This document shows positions 18,712 through 27,387 of a stretch of DNA of 61,799 nucleotides, piece after piece; position 1 is the first letter of the stretch, and the number at the start of each line of letters is the position of its first letter. Source of the stretch: Patescibacteria group bacterium (GTDB taxonomy: Bacteria; Patescibacteriota; Microgenomatia; UBA1400; MFAQ01); assembly GCA_943355005.1 (NCBI GenBank), contig CALRDV010000007.1, positions 1 through 61,799 of the forward strand. Reading direction: 5' to 3'. The notes beneath the pieces were generated by a model, which was not told the DNA's origin, did not search any database, and was given only the letters and a program-made list of their open reading frames with translations. The translations under genes and the position numbers were made by a program.

Positions 18712-19839
18712 CTATTTGTATGCTACGGGCACTTCCGTAAGCACTACACCTAGTGACATCCTTCGAGCCTTGACATCCAAGTTCTCGACGAACACTTCCA
18801 CTTTATCTCCGACCTTAAATTCTTTATCGGCTGGTTTCTTGGAAATATGAATTAAACCATCTATACCTTTATCGAAGTTTACGAAGATTCCGTAAGGAGC
18901 GATTCTAAAGACCTTGCCGGAGTGTTTGGTTCCAATGGCAAACTTGGTTTCAATCTCGGACCATGGATCTCCACTCATCTGTTTGATAGACAAGTTAAGT
19001 TTCCCGACAGCCTTATCAATTCCAATTACCTGTACATGTACTTCTTGACCAACCTTGAACATGACATTTGGATCCTCGACCTTCTCCCATGAGATTTCGG
19101 AGATATGGATTAGTCCTTCGACCTTAGCAACCTCATCTGTACCCTTCATAGGCACATTGACGGTTACAAAGACTCCAAAAGGCATAATACCGGAGACGGT
19201 TCCTTCAAATTTGTCCCCTACACTGACCATTTCCAAAGCCTCACCTTTTTTGGCCAAAGCCTCAAAGTCCGAAACTAATTTCTCAGAGAAAATAAGTCTG
19301 TTTTGATCCTTATCTACTTCAATCACACGAACCTTAAAAGTCTTATTTAGCAAATCGTCCATGTTTCCCAAGAACTTCTCACCAAACTGGGAGGTAGGCA
19401 CAAATCCGCGAATATCGCCAATTTTGACAACCATTCCACCTTTATTGACTTCAAGACCGGTAACTTCGACTTCCTTCTCCTCATCCATGATCTTCTTAAA
19501 CTTATACCAGCGATTTTCATCGGCAGCCTGTTTCAGAGTTAGGATAATTTGACCTTGATCATTTTCTGGGAACTTGACGTAAGCACTGACTTTTTCGCCT
19601 TCTTTGAGGTCTTTTAGCACATCGTAAGCCTCGGCCAAGTCTTCTCCTGAGACCACACCTTCTGTTTTGGCTCCTATGTCAATCAAGACCATCTTTTTAC
19701 TGATGGCAGTGACTGTACCTTCTACTTTTTGGCCCTTTTTCAAGGCGCCAGGGAAGCTAGAAACTCCCTCCATAAGCTTGTCCATGGCGGACATGCCTCC
19801 TAATTTTTTAATAACATCTGATTTTTGAGTTTTTCCCAT
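18712..19839 (-). CDS. rpsA: 30S ribosomal protein S1 (four S1 domains)
   Basis: NKGG...GFVPTSQ, EGLIHISEISW, DGLIHIS. Confidence 0.92.
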   Translation of the reverse strand: MGKTQKSDVIKKLGGMSAMDKLMEGVSSFPGALKKGQKVEGTVTAISKKMVLIDIGAKTEGVVSGEDLAEAYDVLKDLKEGEKVSAYVKFPENDQGQIILTLKQAADENRWYKFKKIMDEEKEVEVTGLEVNKGGMVVKIGDIRGFVPTSQFGEKFLGNMDDLLNKTFKVRVIEVDKDQNRLIFSEKLVSDFEALAKKGEALEMVSVGDKFEGTVSGIMPFGVFVTVNVPMKGTDEVAKVEGLIHISEISWEKVEDPNVMFKVGQEVHVQVIGIDKAVGKLNLSIKQMSGDPWSEIETKFAIGTKHSGKVFRIAPYGIFVNFDKGIDGLIHISKKPADKEFKVGDKVEVFVENLDVKARRMSLGVVLTEVPVAYK

Positions 19840-19975
19840 TTATCATAAATTCCTTTCTTGTCTTTTAGACTCGTAAATTGTACCACATTTCCAGCCTGAT
19901 TAGGTTCAAACTCGACAACCAATTAGACCGTGATAAAATAAGCTAGTTCACTGACAAAATCAAACAGGAGTCCGT

Positions 19976-20170
19976 ATGCCTAAAAAATTGTTAAACCAGA
20001 AGATCGATCGACTGATCAATAGCTTCATTTCACTCGGCCCGGCCCTCATTGTTCTGGCTGTAGCCACTCAACTTGGTTGCTCCGAAGTAGTTCAGGCCCT
20101 TGTATTTTTCTGTACCCTCTTCGCTTTCATTCTAATCACGAAGAAATTCAAGTTCAACATCCTCAAATAA
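19976..20170 (+). CDS. Small two-TM hypothetical protein
   Basis: SD aggag; hydrophobic. Confidence 0.5.
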   Translation: MPKKLLNQKIDRLINSFISLGPALIVLAVATQLGCSEVVQALVFFCTLFAFILITKKFKFNILK

Positions 20171-20192
20171 ATTCAGCCCCTTAGGAGGTTCC

Positions 20193-20519
20193 ATGCTCGG
20201 ACACACCATACTTTCTTTTCTTATTTGCGGCCTCGCCTTGGCATTTATCGGTGGCATAGTGCAAGTGATCAGCATCTTTTGGTTAAAAAACCGCAAGGAA
20301 GATTTTACCAGCCTATTCGTCTTTGGACTTTTGGTTGCCCTAACCTCGATACCTGTCGCAGGGTACGTCCTTTCCTTTCTCGCTTCATGTTATCTGATTT
20401 ACCGCGAACATCCCACCTACAAACTCGCAGGCGCAGCTTACCTGCTTGCCCTACTAACCACCTCTTTTATCCTTTATGTTGGCAAGCATGTGGTCTTTAT
20501 AGCCCACATCGGGTGGTAA
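20193..20519 (+). CDS. Membrane hypothetical protein
   Basis: SD aggagg; 3-4 hydrophobic segments; terminator follows. Confidence 0.6.
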   Translation: MLGHTILSFLICGLALAFIGGIVQVISIFWLKNRKEDFTSLFVFGLLVALTSIPVAGYVLSFLASCYLIYREHPTYKLAGAAYLLALLTTSFILYVGKHVVFIAHIGW

Positions 20520-20538
20520 TCCATAACACTCTTTCAAT

Positions 20539-20566
20539 AACTCCGGCTTCTCGCCGGAGTTTTTTT
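20539..20566 (+). terminator. Intrinsic terminator between convergent genes
   Basis: aactccggc-ttctc-gccggagtt plus T-run. Confidence 0.7.
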
Positions 20567-20933
20567 ACGCCCCTGCGTAATTTCGGATTATATCTACGAC
20601 TTCCATAATCGATAGTTTATCTTTTTGAATAAACTCCACGGCTCCCAAATCCAAGCAAGTTTTCTTGTCCTCCTCGGAGTTCAAAGAAGTTAGTATTATT
20701 ACCGGCACTTTCTTTGTCATTTCGTCGGACTTTAGTCCTTTAAGCGTCTCGAAACCATCTCTATTTGGCATGACCATATCTAGAATAATCACATCAGGTT
20801 TCTCTTTCCGAGTCACCTCCTCCGCGTTTATTCCATCCCCCAAGAATACGGTTTCAAATCCTTCCTTCTTAAGCTTTATTGCATACACTCTGACCAGGAA
20901 CTTATCATCTTCGATCAATAATACTTTTTTCAT
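20565..20933 (-). CDS. Single-domain response regulator (REC)
   Basis: LLIEDD, ILDMVMP, ILTS, FIQK. Confidence 0.92.
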   Translation of the reverse strand: MKKVLLIEDDKFLVRVYAIKLKKEGFETVFLGDGINAEEVTRKEKPDVIILDMVMPNRDGFETLKGLKSDEMTKKVPVIILTSLNSEEDKKTCLDLGAVEFIQKDKLSIMEVVDIIRNYAGA

Positions 20934-20934
20934 A

Positions 20935-21390
20935 TTAGATTATTTGACTAAATTGCTGTTCATTGTGAATAGCTACGTTAGAGAGATCCAGCGCCCTCAT
21001 CCAATCAATTTTAATCTCGTACACCACGTAATCACTTCCCTTTACCTGCAATATCGGTGGCCAAAAATCCTCAACCGTAGTCGTAGACTCGGCCAGTTTA
21101 TCCAGAACAGATTCCAGCTGATTACTATCTGTAACTTCCCTTGTCGCTCCGCTGGCCTGGATTAGCATCTCGTGATTTCTCCATACAGAAAAGCTAATCT
21201 TAGGGTCTATTGCTAGAGATTTAGCCTTAATGGTACTACGGTGTGTAGCGAAGTACATCGTGAAGTCATCATCGATTGCATACAGTAGTACAGTTGCCAC
21301 CGGTCTTTCTGCATTATTAATCGCCGCCGACATAATCCGTTCTTTCCTCAAAAATGCCAACGCCTTGCTTTTGCTGTCTAAATCACTCAT
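20935..21390 (-). CDS. Pyridoxamine 5'-phosphate oxidase-like FMN-binding protein
   Basis: MYFATHRSTIKAKSLAIDPKISF; QASGAT. Confidence 0.85.
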   Translation of the reverse strand: MSDLDSKSKALAFLRKERIMSAAINNAERPVATVLLYAIDDDFTMYFATHRSTIKAKSLAIDPKISFSVWRNHEMLIQASGATREVTDSNQLESVLDKLAESTTTVEDFWPPILQVKGSDYVVYEIKIDWMRALDLSNVAIHNEQQFSQII

Positions 21391-21477
21391 ATCTTTATGA
21401 TATCACTGTTAAATTTGCTTTACGGTACAAAAACAACCCGATCTTATTCAGGTTGTTATCGTAATATTTTAATATTA

Positions 21478-21981
21478 TTATCTTGAAGCCGAGATTTGAG
21501 CCGTCGCAGATTCGGACGAGCAAGCAGACACGGTCACAATTCCGTTTGCATCCTGAACGATTTTATATCCGGTAATAGCCGCAGTCCCCACTCTTGGATC
21601 TACAGGCATCTTCTTCAAATATGCAGCTAAAGTAGTCGACAAGTCTAGACAAGCAGCAGCAGTTGGTGGTGTCGTGCAGTTAGTGGTGTTACAAAGTGTG
21701 GCGCTAGTACCCAATTGCTTTTCGGTGGTTGTAATACCTGCGGGCACAGTACCGCCGTTATCTACGATAGATTCATGAACAGCCGTCAAAATTGTTTCAA
21801 CATCAGTATATCTTTTACTATCTCTTGCATCTGCAAATCTTTTAACCGGATTCAAAGCTACAAATACCGTTACAGCTAGGATTGAGATAATTAGGATTAC
21901 GATTAATAGTTCAATAAGCGTAAATCCTGCCTGCCGGCCGGCATGGCCTTTTTGTATTCTTTTCATTTTATTTTTTAACAT
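21478..21981 (-). CDS. Type IV major pilin
   Basis: G|FTLIELLIVI prepilin motif; ARDSKRYTD; PVDP; Cys pairs. Confidence 0.9.
   Translation of the reverse strand: MLKNKMKRIQKGHAGRQAGFTLIELLIVILIISILAVTVFVALNPVKRFADARDSKRYTDVETILTAVHESIVDNGGTVPAGITTTEKQLGTSATLCNTTNCTTPPTAAACLDLSTTLAAYLKKMPVDPRVGTAAITGYKIVQDANGIVTVSACSSESATAQISASR
21926..21946. repeat. CCTGCC...GGCAGG-type mini palindrome in the pilin leader
   Basis: cctgcctgccggccggcatgg gives HAGRQAG before FTLIE; related copies at 59887 and 61381. Confidence 0.6.
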
Positions 21982-21987
21982 TACTAA

Positions 21988-23202
21988 TTATCTTTTTTCC
22001 GTCCCCACTACTATAACTAAATCATATTTATTATCTTTAGTCAAAGTTTCGGTTTCATTTATTACATAGCCGGAGATGCTTTCTTTTGCCTTATCCTTTA
22101 CGGTCGCTGGAATACTAGTCTTGGCTTGCAAAAATCCACTAATTGTCGCTTCGGCATTCCCGGTATCCACTATTACAAATCCTTCCGCCAGGAGAGTATC
22201 TTTAATTCCTGCCGCCACTCCGGTCACACCACTTCCATTGAGTACTTGAATCGAATACTTACTAAAATCCAACACCACTGTCGTCGGAGTCGGAGTCGTA
22301 GCCGGTGCCGAAACTGTCTTATCGCTCGCTTTCTCGTTTGCTGAGTTAGGTTTACTTCTTTGGTAAGACAAAGAAAACCAACCCACTCCCCCAATTAAAG
22401 TTATCAGAAGTATCACCAATAATATTTTTGACCACTTCTTTGCACTTACCTTATTATCCTCAACCACAGCCACTTCACCTGCAACCGGACCAGTAGTCGC
22501 GCTCTGTGTTCTCACATCAAGATCCACATCCTTAATTAGTTGCAAACTCAATATATCTGCATCTGAGCCTTTATTTTTTTCATTATAAACTTCGTCGTCA
22601 ATTTTAAAGTTCTTATCATCAAGCAATAGAACTTTTGGCTCTGCTTTGAGAGACCACTTAACCTTTGCCAGATCCAGTATCTCCTGATCCTCAACCTCAG
22701 AAAACACAGAATCCACTAAACCTCGGACAGCGAGAACTTTCAGTTTTTCTTGTCCTGACCACTTCACCAGAACAGGAGATTTTTCCAAGATAGACTTTTC
22801 GCCCATCAATATTCCAACAGGAATCAGTATACCCACTTTAATCTTGTTCAGTTTTATCGCTTTAGAAAGTAGATTCAAAAAAGTCATCTCCACTGCCACT
22901 GACTGCACCCAAGCATCTTCTCCGATTTTTACCATTTTCCAGTCAAAGTTTTCATTGCCGATTTCTACCGGGAAAAAGCTCTGAGTTTTTATCTGAATTT
23001 CCTCCCGGCTTAGTATCTCTACCTCACTGGCAGGAAAAGAGCACAAATAACTCACATCATTTCCGAGAACGATACGAAGATCATTAGAATTAATTTTCTC
23101 TGAGTTGGTTTTAAAAATATCAATTAGCTCATCTTCTTTCCAAGGGAAAGCCGAACTCCCAATCCAAACTTTATTTTTTGTAATATAGATAATTTTCTTC
23201 AT
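21988..23202 (-). CDS. Pilus-associated protein: PilM/GspL-like N-terminal region, TM helix, LytR_C domain
   Basis: IQVLNGSGVTGVA...YDLVIVVG (LytR_C); the cytoplasmic N-terminus is reminiscent of an actin-like PilM fragment (inference). Confidence 0.6.
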   Translation of the reverse strand: MKKIIYITKNKVWIGSSAFPWKEDELIDIFKTNSEKINSNDLRIVLGNDVSYLCSFPASEVEILSREEIQIKTQSFFPVEIGNENFDWKMVKIGEDAWVQSVAVEMTFLNLLSKAIKLNKIKVGILIPVGILMGEKSILEKSPVLVKWSGQEKLKVLAVRGLVDSVFSEVEDQEILDLAKVKWSLKAEPKVLLLDDKNFKIDDEVYNEKNKGSDADILSLQLIKDVDLDVRTQSATTGPVAGEVAVVEDNKVSAKKWSKILLVILLITLIGGVGWFSLSYQRSKPNSANEKASDKTVSAPATTPTPTTVVLDFSKYSIQVLNGSGVTGVAAGIKDTLLAEGFVIVDTGNAEATISGFLQAKTSIPATVKDKAKESISGYVINETETLTKDNKYDLVIVVGTEKR

Positions 23203-23579
23203 ATCTCCAGCCAGCTATTAATCGTTACAGTTGTAGTTCTAGTCGCCACAACTTTCACACTTTTTGTGTACCCACCCAAAGTTACCGAATAAGTCACATC
23301 CCAATCATTACCCACTTGAGAATTAATTGTAACAGTACAAGTTCCTTCAGGCAAAACGATAGTTCCCGGTATGGAATTATTTTTACTTAATCGGATAAGC
23401 CCATCCTGAGCACATGCATTTACTAGTCCCAGCGCCACTTCACTTTTTGTATCAGCGAGTGCCGATTGAGACTCGTTTATTCCATTAAGAATCACCGAGA
23501 TCCCTATAGTCAAGACTACCGCTCCCACCACCAATACGGTAGATATTGCGACATAACCATTACCTTTTTTTGTCATCAT
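23199..23579 (-). CDS. Minor pilin (PilX/GspK-like)
   Basis: G|YVAIS lacking E5, then a hydrophobic helix; A..CAQDGL.RL. Confidence 0.75.
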   Translation of the reverse strand: MMTKKGNGYVAISTVLVVGAVVLTIGISVILNGINESQSALADTKSEVALGLVNACAQDGLIRLSKNNSIPGTIVLPEGTCTVTINSQVGNDWDVTYSVTLGGYTKSVKVVATRTTTVTINSWLEI

Positions 23580-24112
23580 TTGCCTCTTATTTCCGCGCTC
23601 CCTATCGCGGTCTTAGTGTAGTTCCACTCTTCACGACCTCCATTATTCAAATTACTAATTGTTAAATCATATTTTATTGAAGCAGATTTATTCCCTGCAT
23701 CGCTCATACTAACAAAGTTTAATTGGTTCACCACCAAATCACTACTGGTCAAGTCACACGGACTAGCTACGGCACAAGTAATTCCTCCCGTCCATCCAAT
23801 TGTTATTTTGTTTCCCGTCTTTGTTATTACTACCGGATTTCTGGTCGCATCCGCAGTAGCCAGAGAAATACTCTGCGGGGTCATACTGTTTATGGCTGAT
23901 GCGTTTCGAATCTCATAGGCTATTCGCTTCATTACTTGTCTCGAAGAGGCCACCACATTCTGTCCCACTCTAGTTTTTACTCTTACCGTAATCAGCTCAA
24001 CCCCAATAGACACTACCCCTCCGATAAATATCATAAACAAAGCTACATACAGGATAAGCTCCACCAATGTCATTCCTTTATGATTTTTTAGGGTCATTCT
24101 CATTGTTTCCAA
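23576..24112 (-). CDS. Minor pilin (PilW/GspJ-like)
   Basis: G|MTLVELILYVAL; EIRNA. Confidence 0.85.
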   Translation of the reverse strand: METMRMTLKNHKGMTLVELILYVALFMIFIGGVVSIGVELITVRVKTRVGQNVVASSRQVMKRIAYEIRNASAINSMTPQSISLATADATRNPVVITKTGNKITIGWTGGITCAVASPCDLTSSDLVVNQLNFVSMSDAGNKSASIKYDLTISNLNNGGREEWNYTKTAIGSAEIRGK

Positions 24113-25914
24113 TAGGTAAAATAAAACGGACTATTGATTAGTTGTGGCAAAGTAGTTTCCAGAGCAGCACCCCCATCAGCGTTACTCCAAGTAAATACCG
24201 GGGTAGACGTCATTATCAATCTTTTTGCAAACAAGCTCGCAGTACTAGAGGATACCGTAAACATTAGTTGATCCTTACTCACAGGATCAGATTCGACCTT
24301 ATACCATCGCTGTGTCGCATTAAGCGCGGGAGTGGTAGCAAAGTCTGCTTGGACGGTACAGGTTGATGTTGTGCATGCATACCAGCCAATATTTGTAGCT
24401 GCACTATCGTTATAAACGATTATCGATCTTGTTGTTGCTCCGGATATTGTCCACCCTGTCGCCACAAGCTTTGATCCCGCCACCGGAGTGGCACAAGAAG
24501 TATCTACATTTGCCGCACAAGTAAAAGCGGTTCCGGACCAGTAGCATCTCTGCATATCAGATCCAGCATTCCCAATACTAGCAAATACTATTTCGTCTGA
24601 ATTAGGATTACTGGAAATATCCAAATTTGTCGCATCGTCCGATAGTGTCGGTGGCGTCAGGACTCCACTCCAAGTACACCCGGAAGTTCCTCCTGTACAA
24701 GTCGCATACCTCACCCCATTTGTCCCATTGGCACCGACAGCTAGGGCAAACATTATCATTACATCACCGGACGAAGATTCATATGTCACATCAAAACCAT
24801 CGATATCTTGTGCAGCAGCCACCACCTCCAGGGTAGTTGCCAAGGCTGCCGTTGGCTCATTTCCCCAAGCCGTACCGGACCACACCATGGCAGATAAATC
24901 AGAATTACTATCCGCCCAGATAGCCGTAATCAGATTTTGTGCCGACCTTGCATCTCTTGCCATTTTTATCCACTGCACAGTCCCTGTTGTTCTGATTGGA
25001 TCCAAGTTTGTTGCAGCGCTCCAATTAGCTGCTCCGCACGCACTTGAACCAAGTTTTGTTCTGTAAGCAAGCTCATTAGTAGTAGGTGCATTGGTACTGT
25101 AAAGCACGATTGCATCACCGGAATTTGTTTCATAAGATATGTCAAATCTTCTTGTTGTTCCTGTACCCCCAACCGTTACCGAGAAATCATTTGTCCACGT
25201 AGTTCCATCAAAACACATTATCTGAAGTAGCCCTGCAGCAGTAATGTATCCAGCGACTGCTTCATTTTTGGTCGGAGATGTTTCCATTTTGAAGCTAACG
25301 CCCGAAGCTCCGACCAAAGTACTTCCTTCAGTGGAAAATGTATTTGCCGTCCTATCATAAGATCTTGTCTTTGGTGTGGTTGTTCCATCTCCATACACAA
25401 TTAAGCCCCCCGTCAAAGTTGTTATTATCGATCTGGCATAATTTGTTAAATAAGAAACGAGAGAAGCTGTGTTAGTTATCGGTGGCACTCCTCTACTCCA
25501 CGTCACTCTCGACTCGACCTTATACGTATCCGGATCCGAGCTGCCCCCGGAAGTTACCACATTGCCGGACCCATCCCTGTTTACCGGATTTACAAATACT
25601 TGTCTGGTGTATTTTCCATATACATTATTACTACCCGAAAAAGCCCAAGTCCCGGCTGATGTAGCCAGACCACATCCTGAAGTACAGCTAGTAGCAAGTA
25701 GTGGAGTAGCCCAACCTTGCTTTCTCAAAGCACCCACAGCATCAATACCCTCAGCTGCAAAGTGAGTAGCCGTCCCTTGCTCATCAGCCAAGCGGTTTGT
25801 TCTCAAGCTTCCCAAGATAAGAATAGTTCCTGATCCTGCCAGTATAGCCCACAGTCCAATAGCCACCACGATTTCCACCATCCCAAACCCATATTTAACA
25901 TTATTCTCTTTCAT
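24100..25914 (-). CDS. Large minor pilin (PilV-like) with a ~440 aa Trp/Cys-rich C-terminal adhesin-like domain
   Basis: G|FGMVEIVVA; AAEGIDAV; repeated (W/F)(S/D)GT.W beta-propeller-like motifs. Confidence 0.8.
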   Translation of the reverse strand: MKENNVKYGFGMVEIVVAIGLWAILAGSGTILILGSLRTNRLADEQGTATHFAAEGIDAVGALRKQGWATPLLATSCTSGCGLATSAGTWAFSGSNNVYGKYTRQVFVNPVNRDGSGNVVTSGGSSDPDTYKVESRVTWSRGVPPITNTASLVSYLTNYARSIITTLTGGLIVYGDGTTTPKTRSYDRTANTFSTEGSTLVGASGVSFKMETSPTKNEAVAGYITAAGLLQIMCFDGTTWTNDFSVTVGGTGTTRRFDISYETNSGDAIVLYSTNAPTTNELAYRTKLGSSACGAANWSAATNLDPIRTTGTVQWIKMARDARSAQNLITAIWADSNSDLSAMVWSGTAWGNEPTAALATTLEVVAAAQDIDGFDVTYESSSGDVMIMFALAVGANGTNGVRYATCTGGTSGCTWSGVLTPPTLSDDATNLDISSNPNSDEIVFASIGNAGSDMQRCYWSGTAFTCAANVDTSCATPVAGSKLVATGWTISGATTRSIIVYNDSAATNIGWYACTTSTCTVQADFATTPALNATQRWYKVESDPVSKDQLMFTVSSSTASLFAKRLIMTSTPVFTWSNADGGAALETTLPQLINSPFYFTYWKQ

Positions 25915-25915
25915 A

Positions 25916-26344
25916 TTAATTCACCTGTGTCATTCCGGCTGCGTTTATATTTATCGTATTGCTTCCCAATGCGGTTGTTACAGATATCGTCGTGACCGCA
26001 TCTGGCTCTCCACGACTATTACTAAAAACTACCGAAGTTAGACCGGTGACTGTTACACCATTACCCAAAGTAAAGTCCTCCTTTTGGTTTGGCGATGCAC
26101 AGCTACCATTAAACATTCTAATTATCGAACCCGTCTTGCAGACCCCCCAAACCATACTCCCGGACACACTCTTTCCATCCATGGCATAGTTCTGTGCCTT
26201 TGATATTTCCGAGGCAATCCTATCAACCGTAATATGCCAATTATTTCGCAAAATAAAAGTTGACAAAAATGGTGATGAATATCCGGTAATTATCGAAACT
26301 ATTGCGATTACCAAGATTAATTCAATAAGTGTGAAACCTTTCAT
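25916..26344 (-). CDS. Minor pilin (FimT/GspH-like)
   Basis: G|FTLIELILVI; AQNYAM; F...GEP; ININAAG. Confidence 0.85.
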   Translation of the reverse strand: MKGFTLIELILVIAIVSIITGYSSPFLSTFILRNNWHITVDRIASEISKAQNYAMDGKSVSGSMVWGVCKTGSIIRMFNGSCASPNQKEDFTLGNGVTVTGLTSVVFSNSRGEPDAVTTISVTTALGSNTININAAGMTQVN

Positions 26345-27387
26345 TACCCTCGTATTCCCCCGATCAAAGAGTAGATCGGACTAATAATTGCAATCGCCAC
26401 AAAACCCACCACCAGACCAATCGAAATTAAAAGTATCGGCTCCAGAAGAGTAGTTAGACTTTTACTCAAAGTATCAATATCATCATCATAAAAGTCGGAT
26501 AGATATATCAGCATCTCTTCTAGATTTCCGCTTTTTTCACCCACCTCTACCATTCTCCTGGTTAGCTGGTCAAACTCCGGGTAGTTGCCGGACTCCATCG
26601 ATTCGTAAATAGACTTTCCTGTTTTAATTTTTTCTCTGATCTTTTTTAGATCATCCACAAACACCAAGTTTGACAAAGTATTTCCCGTAATTTCCAAAGC
26701 AGACAGCATGGGAATACCACTTTTTAAAAGAGTACCCAAGTTTCTACTAAATCTTGCCAGTTGACCATCCATCGCAATTTTTCCCATCACTGGGATATGG
26801 AGAGACATTTTATGGCCAAATTTCTTCACCGGTCTCCACTTAAATAAAAGGATCAAAAGAAAGACCAGCAGTATCATTCCCAAGAAAACATAGCCTCCAT
26901 AATCCCTCATAAAGAACGCGAGCCACATAAGAACTCTTGTAGACATAGGTAAAGCCACCTCAAAAGAAGTAAACAAATCGATTAATTTCGGCAACACAAA
27001 CCACGAAATTCCTGAACCCATTACTAGAGTAGCCCCCATGACAAGACCGGGGTAAAGCATTGCTCCCTGAACTTTTTGCTTAAGCGCGTAATCTTTCCTG
27101 GTCTGATCAGCAAGAAAACCTAAATTTTCTTCCAAATTACCGGACTGCTCACCGGCATCCACCAAACTCACAAAAAATCCATCAAAAATTTTAGGATACT
27201 TTGCTACCGATTTAGCCAAACTCAGCCCGTTATCAATATCCAAATTTACTTTTTTTAGGACTTTTTTCAATTCCGGTGTTGATTGATCCGTAATTGTCTC
27301 CAAAGCCTGATCTACCGGCACCCCGGCTTTTATCATAATAGAAAGATGTTTTGCCAAAAATAGTTTTTCTGTTACCGAGACACTCAT
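26344..27387 (-). CDS. pilC: Type IV pilus/T2SS platform protein (PilC/GspF)
   Basis: AGEQSGNL, AMLYP, VGEKSGNL, LLEP. Confidence 0.92.
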   Translation of the reverse strand: MSVSVTEKLFLAKHLSIMIKAGVPVDQALETITDQSTPELKKVLKKVNLDIDNGLSLAKSVAKYPKIFDGFFVSLVDAGEQSGNLEENLGFLADQTRKDYALKQKVQGAMLYPGLVMGATLVMGSGISWFVLPKLIDLFTSFEVALPMSTRVLMWLAFFMRDYGGYVFLGMILLVFLLILLFKWRPVKKFGHKMSLHIPVMGKIAMDGQLARFSRNLGTLLKSGIPMLSALEITGNTLSNLVFVDDLKKIREKIKTGKSIYESMESGNYPEFDQLTRRMVEVGEKSGNLEEMLIYLSDFYDDDIDTLSKSLTTLLEPILLISIGLVVGFVAIAIISPIYSLIGGIRG

